Below are positions 18,426-27,544 of a stretch of DNA of 64,000 nt, piece after piece. The DNA comes from a virus. Made by a program: the position numbers and the translations under genes. Numbering within the stretch: position 1 is the first letter of the stretch; the number at the start of each line of letters is the position of its first letter. The notes beneath the pieces were generated by a model. It made no database searches. It was not told the origin of the DNA and saw only the letters and a list, made by a program, of their open reading frames with translations. The stretch spans positions 1 to 64,000 of IMG/VR virus record IMGVR_UViG_3300020177_001482; one strand, 5' to 3'.

Positions 18426-18601
18426 TGGACGATGTACTGCTACTAAATGAAGAATGGATCATCAAGTGTACAAACTGTGGTTGTGACAGCCATTGTGGCA
18501 AGACTTGCACAAGGAAAGAACAGCATTATCCCACAGACGGCTACATGGAGTACCCAATAGAGGTATGTAAGCAGTGCAGATGTGAGGCCTGCGCCGCATA
18601 A
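18425..18601 (+). CDS. Cys-rich 58 aa protein (not in ORF track)
   Basis: TAATG coupling; CTNCGCDSHCGKTC...CKQCRCEAC. Confidence 0.65.
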   Translation: MDDVLLLNEEWIIKCTNCGCDSHCGKTCTRKEQHYPTDGYMEYPIEVCKQCRCEACAA

Positions 18602-18609
18602 ATATTGAT

Positions 18610-19035
18610 ATGAGAGCACAAGAATTCATCAGAGAAGGCGCTGAAATGATAGCGTACCACAAACATCCAAAAGACAACAACCTATGGACGTTCCCAAAGG
18701 CATACCAGGATGACGAGAGTGTGGAGAGTCCATACATGAGCAACGCCAGTATGAGACAGTTCCTAGACGCACTAGGATACAATCCTGACTTCGAGGACCA
18801 GAGTCCTGTGCCAGCGAAAGAATTCATAGCGAGGACCACACAATGGTTACAGAAGAACATAGGCAAGAGATCACCAGAAGAACCGACAACCATCGATCAG
18901 AATCCAGGTGGTGCCACAATGATAGGTGGTGGAAAGCCAGAGGGTTACATGAATCAGATGGTCAAAGCACACAACGAGATAGCAAGGAAAGTAATAGCGA
19001 AATATCCAGAAGTGACACACTTCGGATTCAATTAA
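18610..19035 (+). CDS. putative internal head protein
   Basis: TAAATA at 18599; MRAQEFIRE leader. Confidence 0.6.
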   Translation: MRAQEFIREGAEMIAYHKHPKDNNLWTFPKAYQDDESVESPYMSNASMRQFLDALGYNPDFEDQSPVPAKEFIARTTQWLQKNIGKRSPEEPTTIDQNPGGATMIGGGKPEGYMNQMVKAHNEIARKVIAKYPEVTHFGFN

Positions 19036-19036
19036 C

Positions 19037-20215
19037 ATGAAGTTCAACGAATTATCAGACATGATGCAGAAGCCGGAACCAAAGCCGGACACGTACGAAG
19101 CGGGCATGGCACTGAACCAATTGTTGAAGATCGGCACACACGCGATCAAGATACACAACATGATAGATGACGATGCCGAGATGGAGGCATGGGTGGCCAA
19201 GAAGATCGACCTGGCATCAAACTATGTGAAGAGTGTACACGGTTACACGGCGGGTTCAAAGGCAGGCACCTACGATGACGATGGCATGTCGGAAATGAAA
19301 AAGATGCCCAAAGGCACAGGCACCATGCAGGGCGTGAAGGAAGACGCAGGCGAGGGACACATGAGCAAAAGCCAGTTGTACCAGACTGCGAAAATGGCAA
19401 TAGAATTACTGGACATGATCAACAAAGGTGATGACCTTGAGGGTTGGGTACAGACCAAACTTAATTTAGCGGCAGACTACCTACAAGCGGTATACCACTA
19501 CGAGGACTACCAGAAACTAAATCCATACAGGGAAGAATTAGACAGTTCTTTAATGCAAAGGCACGCAGGAATCATACAGAAACATCTTGATGAGATACTT
19601 GAAAGAAAATGTAGGGCAGAGGATGTTGACACCAAACCAGGCATGATGAGAATATTAAAGAAAAGAGTAAATGAAGTAGAAAAAGAAATTGCAAAAGAAA
19701 ACAGGAAAGAAACCAACGAAGCCACTATCAAACCTTACGTTTCGATGTACAGAGGTGAGGATGGCAAGATGGTGTATGACGTGTTGGACAAACACGAAAA
19801 GTCAGCATTCAAGACATCAGACGAGAGGGTGGCGAGAGCATACCTCTCAAAGAACTACAACAAGTTGAGAGAAGCGGCACTGGACGAGGGCATCCAAGAG
19901 TGGGGCAAGAGACTGGCCATGGCCGGAATCATCGTGGCAGGCTTGGCTGGGATCAACAGCATAAACAACGCAATAGACAATTCCGTACCAGCCGTCAAGG
20001 CCATGAACACAGCACTGGACATGGCACAGGATTCAGGCAACACAGAATTGGCGAAAATGATCGAAAAAGACCTATCAGACGCCAAAGTGAGATTGAGCAC
20101 AGGCAAGGATCTAGGCTCAGTGGCTGATCTACAGGACAAATACGCCAAGTTCATGAAGACAGAGGGACTGGCATACGAGTCAAAACTACAAGTGTACCTA
20201 TCTAAAAAACTGTAA
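19037..20215 (+). CDS. putative internal head polyprotein with a duplicated helical domain
   Basis: MKFNEL leader; two ExWVxxK(I/L)xLAxxY repeats. Confidence 0.55.
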   Translation: MKFNELSDMMQKPEPKPDTYEAGMALNQLLKIGTHAIKIHNMIDDDAEMEAWVAKKIDLASNYVKSVHGYTAGSKAGTYDDDGMSEMKKMPKGTGTMQGVKEDAGEGHMSKSQLYQTAKMAIELLDMINKGDDLEGWVQTKLNLAADYLQAVYHYEDYQKLNPYREELDSSLMQRHAGIIQKHLDEILERKCRAEDVDTKPGMMRILKKRVNEVEKEIAKENRKETNEATIKPYVSMYRGEDGKMVYDVLDKHEKSAFKTSDERVARAYLSKNYNKLREAALDEGIQEWGKRLAMAGIIVAGLAGINSINNAIDNSVPAVKAMNTALDMAQDSGNTELAKMIEKDLSDAKVRLSTGKDLGSVADLQDKYAKFMKTEGLAYESKLQVYLSKKL

Positions 20216-20232
20216 AGTTAAATACTATAATC

Positions 20233-21333
20233 ATGCAGAACACTACTTTTAGAAGTCGGCAAGATTTCTACAGGCAAATGGAGTTGACCAGCATAAACGA
20301 TGACCCAATAGGTGTTCTATCAAACATATATGATGATGAGTATCCTCACCCGGTATTTGATCCAAAGAAAATTTGTTTCAGGAGATACAGGAGATACAGG
20401 AACTATAATCATCTCAAATACAACGACCGTAAGTCTATAAAAGAAAATGTTCGAACTGTATTTGAAGACTTCGAAATGTATTTGCCAGGGGTGGGTGATG
20501 AATGGCATGGTCTACTTGCAACGTTTGACCCTGAGGTAAACCCGTTGAGAGAACATGACTTTGTTATTACTTCTTGCGTCACTAAAAACGATCACCTGTG
20601 GCCGGTACCTTATGTATATAACAACTATCATTTTGTTAAGACACATCTGATAAATCGTGGTAAAAAAATAGCAAGACCAACAGACAGGCCGTTCTTTGCT
20701 GATGTCTTGTTAGGTACTAATAAACCCCACAGAGAATTATTTTTCCAGCTCATGCAACAAAATAATATGTTAGAAACAAATATTATTAATTTTTTTGGCA
20801 CATACAAAAGCAAATTTTTAAATTCAGTCAACGATCCTCAGCAGTTGGTAATTGATCGTATACAAACAGAGAACAACAATAGCACAACGAAATTATTAAA
20901 CGGTCATTTCACAAGTCAACACATCAGCGAGCACATAATGGAAAACAGTTGGTACAGCGTGGTAGCCGAGACAATTTTCAAAAATGACTGCTTCTTCGTC
21001 ACGGAGAAGACTGCCAAACCAATGATGGCGGGCAGGCCTTTCATTATACTTGGAGGCAAGCATTATCTAAAAAACCTGCGTGGCCTAGGTTTCAAAACAT
21101 TTGACCCCGTAATTGATGAAAGTTATGACAACATAGACGGGTTACAGGAACGTGTAAAAAGAGCATTTGCTAGTTTCCAATCCCTGATCACCCAGGATCC
21201 TGTCAAAGTCTACAGCAAGTTGAAGGATGTGATCGAACACAACCAGAGAATCATGTATGATAGGAAAAAATTAACACAGAGGGCAACCAGATTCCTAGAC
21301 AGTTTACACACCAAATATGCGTATACCCCTTAA
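20233..21333 (+). CDS. glycosyltransferase-like protein (GT-B type)
   Basis: VVAET...VTEKTAKP...LGFKTF...IDESYD signature; TAAATA at 20219. Confidence 0.5.
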   Translation: MQNTTFRSRQDFYRQMELTSINDDPIGVLSNIYDDEYPHPVFDPKKICFRRYRRYRNYNHLKYNDRKSIKENVRTVFEDFEMYLPGVGDEWHGLLATFDPEVNPLREHDFVITSCVTKNDHLWPVPYVYNNYHFVKTHLINRGKKIARPTDRPFFADVLLGTNKPHRELFFQLMQQNNMLETNIINFFGTYKSKFLNSVNDPQQLVIDRIQTENNNSTTKLLNGHFTSQHISEHIMENSWYSVVAETIFKNDCFFVTEKTAKPMMAGRPFIILGGKHYLKNLRGLGFKTFDPVIDESYDNIDGLQERVKRAFASFQSLITQDPVKVYSKLKDVIEHNQRIMYDRKKLTQRATRFLDSLHTKYAYTP

Positions 21334-21361
21334 TCAAAGCATTAAATAAAACTGTAACAAA

Positions 21362-21369
21362 TATAAATA
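21362..21369 (+). promoter_or_regulatory. full T4 late promoter TATAAATA
   Basis: exact T4 consensus, 6 nt before ATG 21376. Confidence 0.75.
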
Positions 21370-21375
21370 ACTCAT

Positions 21376-22227
21376 ATGAGCACAGACACAAGTTTCAGAG
21401 ACCTAGTAGCACGCCTAAACGCCATGAACAACGTGACCCCAGAAGAGGAAAGGGCTCAACTAATGGAAGCGGCGGGCAAGGCTCCCAAGGTTTTAGACGA
21501 CAAGGAAGTCACATTGGCTGACATAGCCAAACTAGCAGGAATCAAAGAATACGTTGAACCTGTAAAACATTCAAAAAAAGCGGAAGAACTAGTCGAATCA
21601 ATCACTAAAGAACCAAAAGCAGAATCATTTATAACAAAAGCGATTGCAGAATCAGACGCAGATGACTCTATAGCAACTTCAATCAAGAAGGAAGTTAATG
21701 AGGAAGTAAATAGATTAGACAAGATAGCAGAATTAGAAGCACAGTTGGCAGAACTGAAGACGGAACAAAAAGAAGAACAAACCTATGACTCAAAATCATT
21801 CAGAGAAGTCATCACAAAGGATATCGCGGAGTACATCAAAGGCGCAGAAGATACTGCTCTCGTGGAACTTTACAACACGATATCAGACAATGAAGCAGTT
21901 TACAACGAGGAATCATCAAACATTCTCATTAAGACTCCAGAAACTACTGAGATCATAGCAGACGCCGAGAAGGCGGAAGCACCAGCAGAAGAAGAACAAG
22001 TGGACGAGAAGGTTGTTGACGGTGTGCAGACGGACAGGAACACATCAGAGCCACATGCCAAAGAAAAAGAAGAAGAAGATGAAGCAGAGGAAGAAGCGGA
22101 CGACAAAGAAGATGACGGTGAGGTTCCAATGCTAGACAAAGACTTCGACGAAGGCGAAGAAGTAGAACTTGACATTCCAGCGGAAGACAAGTTCACAAAC
22201 GACCTAGACCCAGCAGACAAAAAATAA
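21376..22227 (+). CDS. highly acidic scaffold/core-like protein
   Basis: E/D-rich, KLAGI motif, many (L/I/V)xE sites, late promoter. Confidence 0.5.
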   Translation: MSTDTSFRDLVARLNAMNNVTPEEERAQLMEAAGKAPKVLDDKEVTLADIAKLAGIKEYVEPVKHSKKAEELVESITKEPKAESFITKAIAESDADDSIATSIKKEVNEEVNRLDKIAELEAQLAELKTEQKEEQTYDSKSFREVITKDIAEYIKGAEDTALVELYNTISDNEAVYNEESSNILIKTPETTEIIADAEKAEAPAEEEQVDEKVVDGVQTDRNTSEPHAKEKEEEDEAEEEADDKEDDGEVPMLDKDFDEGEEVELDIPAEDKFTNDLDPADKK

Positions 22228-22248
22228 TCCAAAAAATTAAATAAGTGT

Positions 22249-22890
22249 ATGCGATTACACTTGACAGACAACAGATTCAACACGAATCCGTACTGGACTG
22301 AGCGTGTGAAGAGCATATTCGCTTGCCCACCAAAAGAAGTTGTTAGTATGTTTGACCAGAACGGATATGATCTCACCAAACTAGAACAACTATATGCTGT
22401 GGCCAATGGTGCAACTACCATAAAACACAGGAATTCAGAACATATTACCTTGAGAAAAGATTGGTTCACCGCAGACGAGACAGAATATGGCCCACACATC
22501 AACCACGCCTACATGTTTGAACGTAAGGGTTACTCCGGTGATGCATTAAACCAGTTGGAGAGTTGGGCCGCATACAGACCGCATTTCTACAAACTTACCG
22601 CCATGAGGCCTAAATGGGGACTGGACTTCAGCATAGACTACTGTGACAGTGAGGGCAACGTGTTCGAACTCTTACACTGGGAGTACGACGGATTCGACTA
22701 CAACGAAGTGGCAGACAAGAAAGAGAAGATGGACGAGTTCCTGGTGAATCAGGACTGGGACGAACGGGCACAGACCATGCTGGAACGTAAAAATGAGTGG
22801 CATAAACTGGGCTTTTTTGAGCAGAGCGAGTGGAAAACAGAATTCTTTGGCATAGAAAAAGAACGTTTCAAGATGGTGTTGTGGAAATAA
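22249..22890 (+). CDS. hypothetical protein
   Basis: TAAATAAGTGTATG start context identical to that at 632-645. Confidence 0.7.
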   Translation: MRLHLTDNRFNTNPYWTERVKSIFACPPKEVVSMFDQNGYDLTKLEQLYAVANGATTIKHRNSEHITLRKDWFTADETEYGPHINHAYMFERKGYSGDALNQLESWAAYRPHFYKLTAMRPKWGLDFSIDYCDSEGNVFELLHWEYDGFDYNEVADKKEKMDEFLVNQDWDERAQTMLERKNEWHKLGFFEQSEWKTEFFGIEKERFKMVLWK

Positions 22891-22899
22891 ATACTACAA

Positions 22900-23691
22900 A
22901 TGAGCTCAATACCCTACAACTACGGATCATACATAGACGCCAAAGTGGCAATGACTGACACGGGACACGTGTCCGCTGGCAAGCAGATACAGTCACCAGC
23001 CAGTGCAGGTAGCAGGGGTTTGGCAAAGACAACACAATTCACAAACGACAGGACACAGATGCAGATGGGCAACTCACCGATAGCAGAATCAATGATAGAG
23101 ATCAGAAATATCATGAACAGAATTGATGGCATTAACGTGCCCACAAACGAAATGAACGAATTAGCAGATGATGAAAAGATGGAATTCACGAAAATACTAT
23201 TAGACATCTCAGCAATTAAAGACAGGATCGAGAGACTTTCAGTGGATGATGACGCTAAGAAATCAGCGATACAATCACTGACCAACGCAGAAGAGGCTTT
23301 AGTGGCATTAGACGAACACGAATACACACCAATGCCAGAGGGTGACGAGTTCGACATAGAAGAGGACGAGGACTTCGAAGAAGTGTTAGGTCCATTGGGT
23401 TTCCCAGAAGACGAGACGGAACTGTTTGACGCAGAGTACCAAGGCAGGAAAGTTCCACTCAACAAACCCATGCGTGGTGATGTTAAGAAATTCAAAGTGT
23501 ATGTCAAAGATCCAAAGACAGGAAATGTCAAGAAAGTCAACTTCGGACACGGTGGTACAAGTGCGAAGAGACCAACCATGAGGATCAGGAAATCAAATCC
23601 AAAAGCGAGAAAATCATTCAGGGCGAGACACAACTGTGCCAACCCAGGACCAAAGACCAAGGCGAGATATTGGTCATGCAGGAAGTGGTAA
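22900..23691 (+). CDS. acidic pro-region plus basic C-terminal module, putative internal head protein
   Basis: TAAATA at 22888; AEYQGRKVPLNKP...SFRARHNC...ARYWSCRKW. Confidence 0.6.
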   Translation: MSSIPYNYGSYIDAKVAMTDTGHVSAGKQIQSPASAGSRGLAKTTQFTNDRTQMQMGNSPIAESMIEIRNIMNRIDGINVPTNEMNELADDEKMEFTKILLDISAIKDRIERLSVDDDAKKSAIQSLTNAEEALVALDEHEYTPMPEGDEFDIEEDEDFEEVLGPLGFPEDETELFDAEYQGRKVPLNKPMRGDVKKFKVYVKDPKTGNVKKVNFGHGGTSAKRPTMRIRKSNPKARKSFRARHNCANPGPKTKARYWSCRKW

Positions 23692-23692
23692 C

Positions 23693-23878
23693 ATGCAGAT
23701 CCGTGAAGTGGTTGGTATCACAGAGGAAGAGTTCGAGCAATTAGCAGAGAAGAAAGACGCCTGCTATCACAAAGTCAAATCAAGATACAAAGTATGGCCC
23801 AGTGCCTATGCCAGTGGTGCACTAGTGCAGTGTCGTAAAAAGGGTGCGGCCAACTGGGGCAACAGCAAGAAGAAATAA
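23693..23878 (+). CDS. basic putative internal head protein (DUF5872-like)
   Basis: MQIREVVGITE leader; DACYHKVKSRYKVWPSAYASGALVQCRK. Confidence 0.6.
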   Translation: MQIREVVGITEEEFEQLAEKKDACYHKVKSRYKVWPSAYASGALVQCRKKGAANWGNSKKK

Positions 23879-24276
23879 TGAGAGCCAGTGAGATAATCAC
23901 GGAGAAGTGTTGGAAAGGCTACACCAAGAAGGGCATGAAGACCATGTTCGGCAAACGTGTGCCCAACTGCGTCAAGAAAGAGGACGTGGACTTCTGTGTC
24001 AACTGTGGTGAATTGGTTTTCGCGGAATCATTGAACGAGGACCTCAAGAAATGGTTCAAGGACAAATGGGTACGGTTTGGTCCTGATGGCAAGATCAGGG
24101 GTGACTGTGCAAGAGGTTCCAGCAAAGAAGGTAAGCCTAAATGCCTACCAAGATCGAAAGCACACGCACTGGGCAAGAAAGGCAGGAAGTCCGCGGCCGC
24201 AAGGAAACGTAGGCAGGATCCCAACAAGAACAGACGTGGTAAAGCCAAGAACGTGGCCACCAAGAAGAAAAAATAA
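23878..24276 (+). CDS. basic modular putative internal head protein
   Basis: MRASEIITE leader; CWKGY...VPNCV and LNE-DLKKWFKDKWV modules. Confidence 0.6.
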   Translation: MRASEIITEKCWKGYTKKGMKTMFGKRVPNCVKKEDVDFCVNCGELVFAESLNEDLKKWFKDKWVRFGPDGKIRGDCARGSSKEGKPKCLPRSKAHALGKKGRKSAAARKRRQDPNKNRRGKAKNVATKKKK

Positions 24277-24277
24277 T

Positions 24278-24306
24278 TTGCATTCACACGAAATCTGTTA
24301 TATACT
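24278..24306 (+). promoter_or_regulatory. sigma70-type promoter of the replication operon
   Basis: TTGCAT-17nt-TATACT. Confidence 0.6.
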
Positions 24307-24329
24307 GTTGACAACAACAGGAGAAACAA

Positions 24330-24587
24330 ATGGCAGTAAGAAACTTCAATGACGCAGAAAAGCAGAAATTGATCCAGATCATTTCCCAGGGTTCACAGGT
24401 ACTAGGTGAGGTCGAGGACTTGAAGGGTGGATTGAAAGACACAGTGAAAGCAATCGCAGAAGAACTAGAATTGAAACCAGCACTGATCAACAAGGCGATA
24501 TCAGTTGCACACAAGGGCAACTACCAGAACATAGCAGACGAGATGGACACGCTGGAGAGCATACTAAACACGGCCGGCAAACTTTAA
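24330..24587 (+). CDS. dsDNA-binding protein (T4 DsbA/GapR-like)
   Basis: helical 85 aa, LKDTVKAIAEELELKPALINKAI pattern; AGGAG SD. Confidence 0.6.
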   Translation: MAVRNFNDAEKQKLIQIISQGSQVLGEVEDLKGGLKDTVKAIAEELELKPALINKAISVAHKGNYQNIADEMDTLESILNTAGKL

Positions 24588-24871
24588 TGTTAGCGAAGGT
24601 CAGATCATTCTGGCTTCGTAGTTTTGAGAGTGACAGGACGGCGTTCTACTTCGAACTAGTCAGTTTCATTTTCACGGTTGCGGCCAGCATGACCCTAGCG
24701 ATATCCGCCAGAGACCCCAACATGCTCATAGTGTATCCGGCATTCTTCGTTGGTGCAACCACACAGTGTTACGCATCATACAGGAGAGGCGCGGCATGGG
24801 TGATGATTTTGACTTTCTACTTCAGTTGTGTTAATATATTTGGATACGGCGTGGCCGCAGGATGGTGGTAA
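24587..24871 (+). CDS. small membrane protein
   Basis: three hydrophobic segments; TAATG coupling. Confidence 0.65.
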   Translation: MLAKVRSFWLRSFESDRTAFYFELVSFIFTVAASMTLAISARDPNMLIVYPAFFVGATTQCYASYRRGAAWVMILTFYFSCVNIFGYGVAAGWW

Positions 24872-24872
24872 G

Positions 24873-27536
24873 ATGAGTTACATAGATGCATTATACAAGA
24901 AGGACGAGGACAAGATATACGTCGTAGAACGTGATCCCAAGAAGGGCAGGATATTCACGGAGTATGATGCCAGGTACGTGTTCTACTATGAGGACGCCAG
25001 GGGCAAACACAGATCAATGACCGGTGCACCATTACAGCGGGTGCAGTGTGCCACACACAAAGAATTCATAAAAGAACAGAGGATAAGATCCAACAAGCAA
25101 CTGTACGAGAATGATATCAATCCTGTGTTCAGGTGTTTGGAAGAGAACTACTTGGGCAAGGAGACGCCCAAACTAAACGTGATGTTTTTCGATATTGAAG
25201 TTGACTTCGATCCCGATCGAGGTTATTCAACAACAGATGATCCGTTCATGCCCATAACTGCCATAAGTTGTTACATGAGCTGGACGGACCAACTGGTCAC
25301 ATTCGCAGTACCTCCCAAAACTATCAGCATGGACGATGCCAAAGAACTCACAAAAAGATTTGACAACACAATGCTTTTTGAAAAAGAGAAAGATATGTTG
25401 GACGCATTCCTAGAACTAGTGCAGGACGCAGACATACTGTCGGGTTGGAACAGTGAGGGATATGACATTCCATACACAGTGGGTAGGATACAGAAAGTGT
25501 TGAGTTCAGACGACACAAGACGTCTTTGTTTTTGGGGTGAAAAGCCAAGAAAGAGAGTGTTCGAGAAGTATGGTAGGGAACAGTTGAGTTTTGACCTAGT
25601 GGGACGTGTACACTTGGACTTGTTGGAACTATACAGGAAATACACATACGAGGAAAGACACAGTTTCAGACTAGACGCAATTGGTGAACACGAGTTGGAT
25701 GAGAGAAAAACTGTCTACGAGGGCTCGCTCGATAACTTGTACAAGAACGACTTTGGATTGTTCATAGAATACAACAGACAGGATACTGCACTGTTGGCCA
25801 AACTGGAGAAGAAATTGAAGTTCATAGAACTGGCCAATGAGATAGCACACCAAAACACTGTACTACTACAGACAACGATGGGTGCGGTCGCGGTCACAGA
25901 ACAGGCAATCGTAAATGAAACACACAGACGTGGAATGCAGGTACCGGCCAGGAAGTACAAGAAAGACGGTGAAGAGAACCAACCGGCGGCAGGAGCACAC
26001 GTGGCCACCCCACAAAAGGGAATACACGACTGGATAGGATCTGTTGACATAAACAGTCTGTATCCAAGTGTTATTAGAGCATTGAACATGGGTCCTGAAA
26101 CCATAGTTGGACAGATTAGGCCAGTGATTACTTCAGCAGAGATCAACAGGGCCAAACACGCCAAGAAATCATTCGCGGCGGCATGGGACAGCCAGTTTGG
26201 TAGTTGGGAATACCAAGCGGTCATGAACCAAGAGAAGGGCACAGAGATAATTGTTGATTGGGAAGACAAGACCAGTGTGCGTATGAGTGCGGCACAACTG
26301 TACGAGATAATATTCGATGGCAATAACAAATGGATGCTAAGTGCTAATGGCACAATATTCACATACGAGCACGAAGCAATCATTCCAGGTCTGTTGAAGC
26401 GTTGGTACGCGGAGAGACAGGAAATGCAAAAAAAGATGCGTGAGTGTGGAGACAACGAGATCGAAAGAGAATATTGGGACAAGAGACAACTTGTAAAGAA
26501 AATTAATCTAAACAGTCTGTATGGTGCGATCCTAAATCCAGGCTGTAGATTCTTTGACATAAGAATTGGACAGAGTGTTACACTCACAGGCAGGTGTATC
26601 ACCAAACACATGGCCAGCAAAGTCAACGAGATCGTGGCGGGCAAGTATGACCACAAGGGCGAGAGTGTTGTGTATGGAGACACAGACTCCGTTTACTTCT
26701 CAGCATACAAGACATTACAGAAAGAGATCAATGAAGGTATCATACCGTGGACCAAAGACTCCGTCGTGGCACTGTACGACAGGATTGCAGACGAGGTCAA
26801 CGGATCTTTCAAATCATTCATGACTAAAGGCTTCCATTGTCCTAGCACGAGGGGTGAAGTTATAGCGGCGGGCAGAGAACTTGTTGCATCAAAAGGTCTG
26901 TTCATCACAAAGAAAAGGTATGCCGTGCTTTACTATGACAAGGAAGGTAAACGTGCAGATGTTGACGGCAAGGATGGCAAGATGAAGGCCATGGGACTGG
27001 ATCTCAAACGTTCAGACACACCTGTTTTCGTGCAGGATTTCCTGAGTGATCTCCTATACATGGTACTGACAGGGAAAACAGAAGAGCAAGTGCTAGAAAA
27101 AATTAGTGAATTCAGAGCAGAGTTTAAATCTAGGCCAGGGTGGGAGAAAGGTTCTCCCAAGAGGGCAAACAACATGACCAAGTACACTGCGGCCGAGGAG
27201 AAGGCCGGTAGAGCAAACATGCCGGGACACGTGAGGGCCAGCATGAATTGGAACAGGTGCAGGGAAATGTATGGCGACAAGTACAGTATGCCAATCACGG
27301 ATGGTGCCAAAGTGATAGTGTGTAAACTCAAAAACAATCCGTTAGGCTACACGAGTATCGCATATCCGGTGGACGAGATGCGTATTCCTGAATGGTTCAA
27401 GGAACTGCCGTTCGACAGTGATGCCATGGAAGCAACGATACTTGATCAAAAGATAGACAACCTCATAGGAGTCTTGGGTTGGGACGTGCAATCAACTGAG
27501 ACCACGAACACATTCAACAAACTGTTTGAATTCTAA
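24873..27536 (+). CDS. family B DNA polymerase (T4 gp43-like)
   Basis: FFDIEV exonuclease motif, SVDINSLYPS, KINLNSLYG, YGDTDS, KKRYA. Confidence 0.95.
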   Translation: MSYIDALYKKDEDKIYVVERDPKKGRIFTEYDARYVFYYEDARGKHRSMTGAPLQRVQCATHKEFIKEQRIRSNKQLYENDINPVFRCLEENYLGKETPKLNVMFFDIEVDFDPDRGYSTTDDPFMPITAISCYMSWTDQLVTFAVPPKTISMDDAKELTKRFDNTMLFEKEKDMLDAFLELVQDADILSGWNSEGYDIPYTVGRIQKVLSSDDTRRLCFWGEKPRKRVFEKYGREQLSFDLVGRVHLDLLELYRKYTYEERHSFRLDAIGEHELDERKTVYEGSLDNLYKNDFGLFIEYNRQDTALLAKLEKKLKFIELANEIAHQNTVLLQTTMGAVAVTEQAIVNETHRRGMQVPARKYKKDGEENQPAAGAHVATPQKGIHDWIGSVDINSLYPSVIRALNMGPETIVGQIRPVITSAEINRAKHAKKSFAAAWDSQFGSWEYQAVMNQEKGTEIIVDWEDKTSVRMSAAQLYEIIFDGNNKWMLSANGTIFTYEHEAIIPGLLKRWYAERQEMQKKMRECGDNEIEREYWDKRQLVKKINLNSLYGAILNPGCRFFDIRIGQSVTLTGRCITKHMASKVNEIVAGKYDHKGESVVYGDTDSVYFSAYKTLQKEINEGIIPWTKDSVVALYDRIADEVNGSFKSFMTKGFHCPSTRGEVIAAGRELVASKGLFITKKRYAVLYYDKEGKRADVDGKDGKMKAMGLDLKRSDTPVFVQDFLSDLLYMVLTGKTEEQVLEKISEFRAEFKSRPGWEKGSPKRANNMTKYTAAEEKAGRANMPGHVRASMNWNRCREMYGDKYSMPITDGAKVIVCKLKNNPLGYTSIAYPVDEMRIPEWFKELPFDSDAMEATILDQKIDNLIGVLGWDVQSTETTNTFNKLFEF

Positions 27537-27544
27537 ATATCATT

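Noticed and set aside
25715-26683. Long antisense ORFs, e.g. 322 aa opposite the polymerase, 246 aa at 22920-23660 and 212 aa at 12022-12660
   Set aside because: They are shadows of well-supported genes, have Ser/Leu/Phe-rich composition expected from codon bias, and show no motifs or start signals.
24873-27536. Intein or intron in the DNA polymerase
   Set aside because: Length is normal for gp43-like enzymes and no splice-junction or homing endonuclease motifs were seen.
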